Positions 46,142 to 46,687 of a DNA stretch of 46,687 nt are shown here, piece after piece. Within the stretch, counting starts at the first letter, position 1, and each line of letters opens with the position of its first letter. This DNA is from a virus: the IMG/VR virus record IMGVR_UViG_3300027908_000010, positions 1 through 46,687 of that record; one strand, given 5' to 3'. The translations under genes and the position numbers were made by a program. The notes under the pieces are model-generated. The model was not told the DNA's origin. It ran no database searches and saw only the letters and a list, made by a program, of their open reading frames with translations.

Positions 46142-46224
46142 ACCGCTATGGCTTCCTTGCCACTCTGGCTGCTTTTGCTCTGGTGGTGGCGATGATCGTG
46201 AGCTTGGTGAGGGGCTGTTCGTGA
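46138..46224 (+). CDS. possible 28-aa single-TM peptide
   Basis: MNRYGFLATLAAFALVVAMIVSLVRGCS. ATGA overlap upstream and GTGA overlap downstream. Confidence 0.35.
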   Translation: MNRYGFLATLAAFALVVAMIVSLVRGCS

Positions 46225-46628
46225 TTACGCTCACCATTCCAGAAGCCACCCCCAGTGCCAATGTCACGCTGTGGGCACATTGGGCGGTCAAGGCGCGGTT
46301 AAGGAAGAAATGGGCATGGCTGGTGCGGGTTGCGAAGTTAAACGCCCAGATCGCTCCAGAATCGCTCCTGGGGGCATCGGTGAGAATTGACCGATACGGC
46401 AAGAGGCAACTCGATCACGATAACTTCGTTGCGGGATGCAAGAGTCTGGTCGATAGCTTGGTCGCTGAGAAGCTCATTGCCGGGGATAACCCAGATCAGG
46501 TGACGATCACGTACCTGCAGCACAAGGGCAGTCCAGGGCATACGGTAGTAACGATCATGAAGAACCGGGCCGCCCCGTCAGGTGATGAGTCTGACGGTTG
46601 CGGTATCACCGCGGCGGCTGGGCGGTGA
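46221..46628 (+). CDS. rusA: RusA-like Holliday junction resolvase
   Basis: 135 aa. RQLDHDNFVAGCKSLVDSLVAEKLIAGDNPDQV matches the RusA D-x-DN...K...D-x-L...DD/N catalytic region. The 3' end runs into the terminal repeat. Confidence 0.8.
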   Translation: MITLTIPEATPSANVTLWAHWAVKARLRKKWAWLVRVAKLNAQIAPESLLGASVRIDRYGKRQLDHDNFVAGCKSLVDSLVAEKLIAGDNPDQVTITYLQHKGSPGHTVVTIMKNRAAPSGDESDGCGITAAAGR

Positions 46629-46687
46629 GAAGCATAAGTGCTCGCTAAATATATTGCAATCTGATATATAATAATCCGATGGCTCGC
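46589..46687. repeat. Terminal direct repeat, copy 2 (identical to 1..99)
   Basis: Exact 99-nt match to the window start. Contains the last 40 nt of rusA and the first 9 nt of the 91..675 gene. Confidence 0.97.

Noticed and set aside
1-46687. The 99-bp terminal repeats as attL/attR of an integrated prophage or as LTRs of a mobile element
   Set aside because: There is no integrase or transposase, no host flanking genes, and coding sequence continues seamlessly across the junction. A circular assembly overlap is the simpler reading.

Overview
The first 99 nt and the last 99 nt of the window are identical. The window is therefore one complete, circularly closed (or circularly permuted) dsDNA phage genome of about 46,588 unique bp.

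Layout:
- A rightward (+) arm starts at a divergent control region (44636..44703). It runs through a Cro-like HTH gene, a lambda O-like initiator with internal iterons, a short lambda P-like gene and RusA, then wraps across the window junction into a second HTH gene.
- The same arm continues through the packaging/head module (TerL, GNAT, T7-type portal, small Bbp19-like protein, Pro/Ala-repeat scaffold, major capsid, cement-like protein).
- Next come the tail tube/nozzle-like proteins, an unusually large set of receptor-binding or depolymerase genes, three large internal/ejection proteins, and a membrane-protein-rich lysis cassette.
- A leftward (-) arm (44635 down to 35775) carries the early genes: an SSB ending in DDDIPF, a PD-(D/E)xK exonuclease, an HNH/Ref-like nuclease, many Cys-rich mini-proteins, two XRE HTH proteins and a DNA-modification cluster.

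I found no tail tape measure, integrase, polymerase, tRNA, CRISPR array or reverse transcriptase. The virion looks podovirus-like.

Most interesting observations:
1. A three-gene DNA-modification island: a C5-MTase-like HPPC/EHP protein, a Dam fused to a DnaJ-type zinc finger, and a Mom/XF1762-like GNAT.
2. Two nucleic-acid enzyme genes, each split by a +1 frameshift.
3. A compact back-to-back promoter pair that shares one -35 hexamer.
4. An iteron array inside the initiator gene.
5. A lower-GC GH26 plus signal-peptide-bearing fibre cassette.
6. A PASTA-domain virion protein.
7. A lysis cassette whose only enzyme candidate is a DUF5675-like H...GC protein.

All family assignments come from motif recognition by eye. 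No database search was run.
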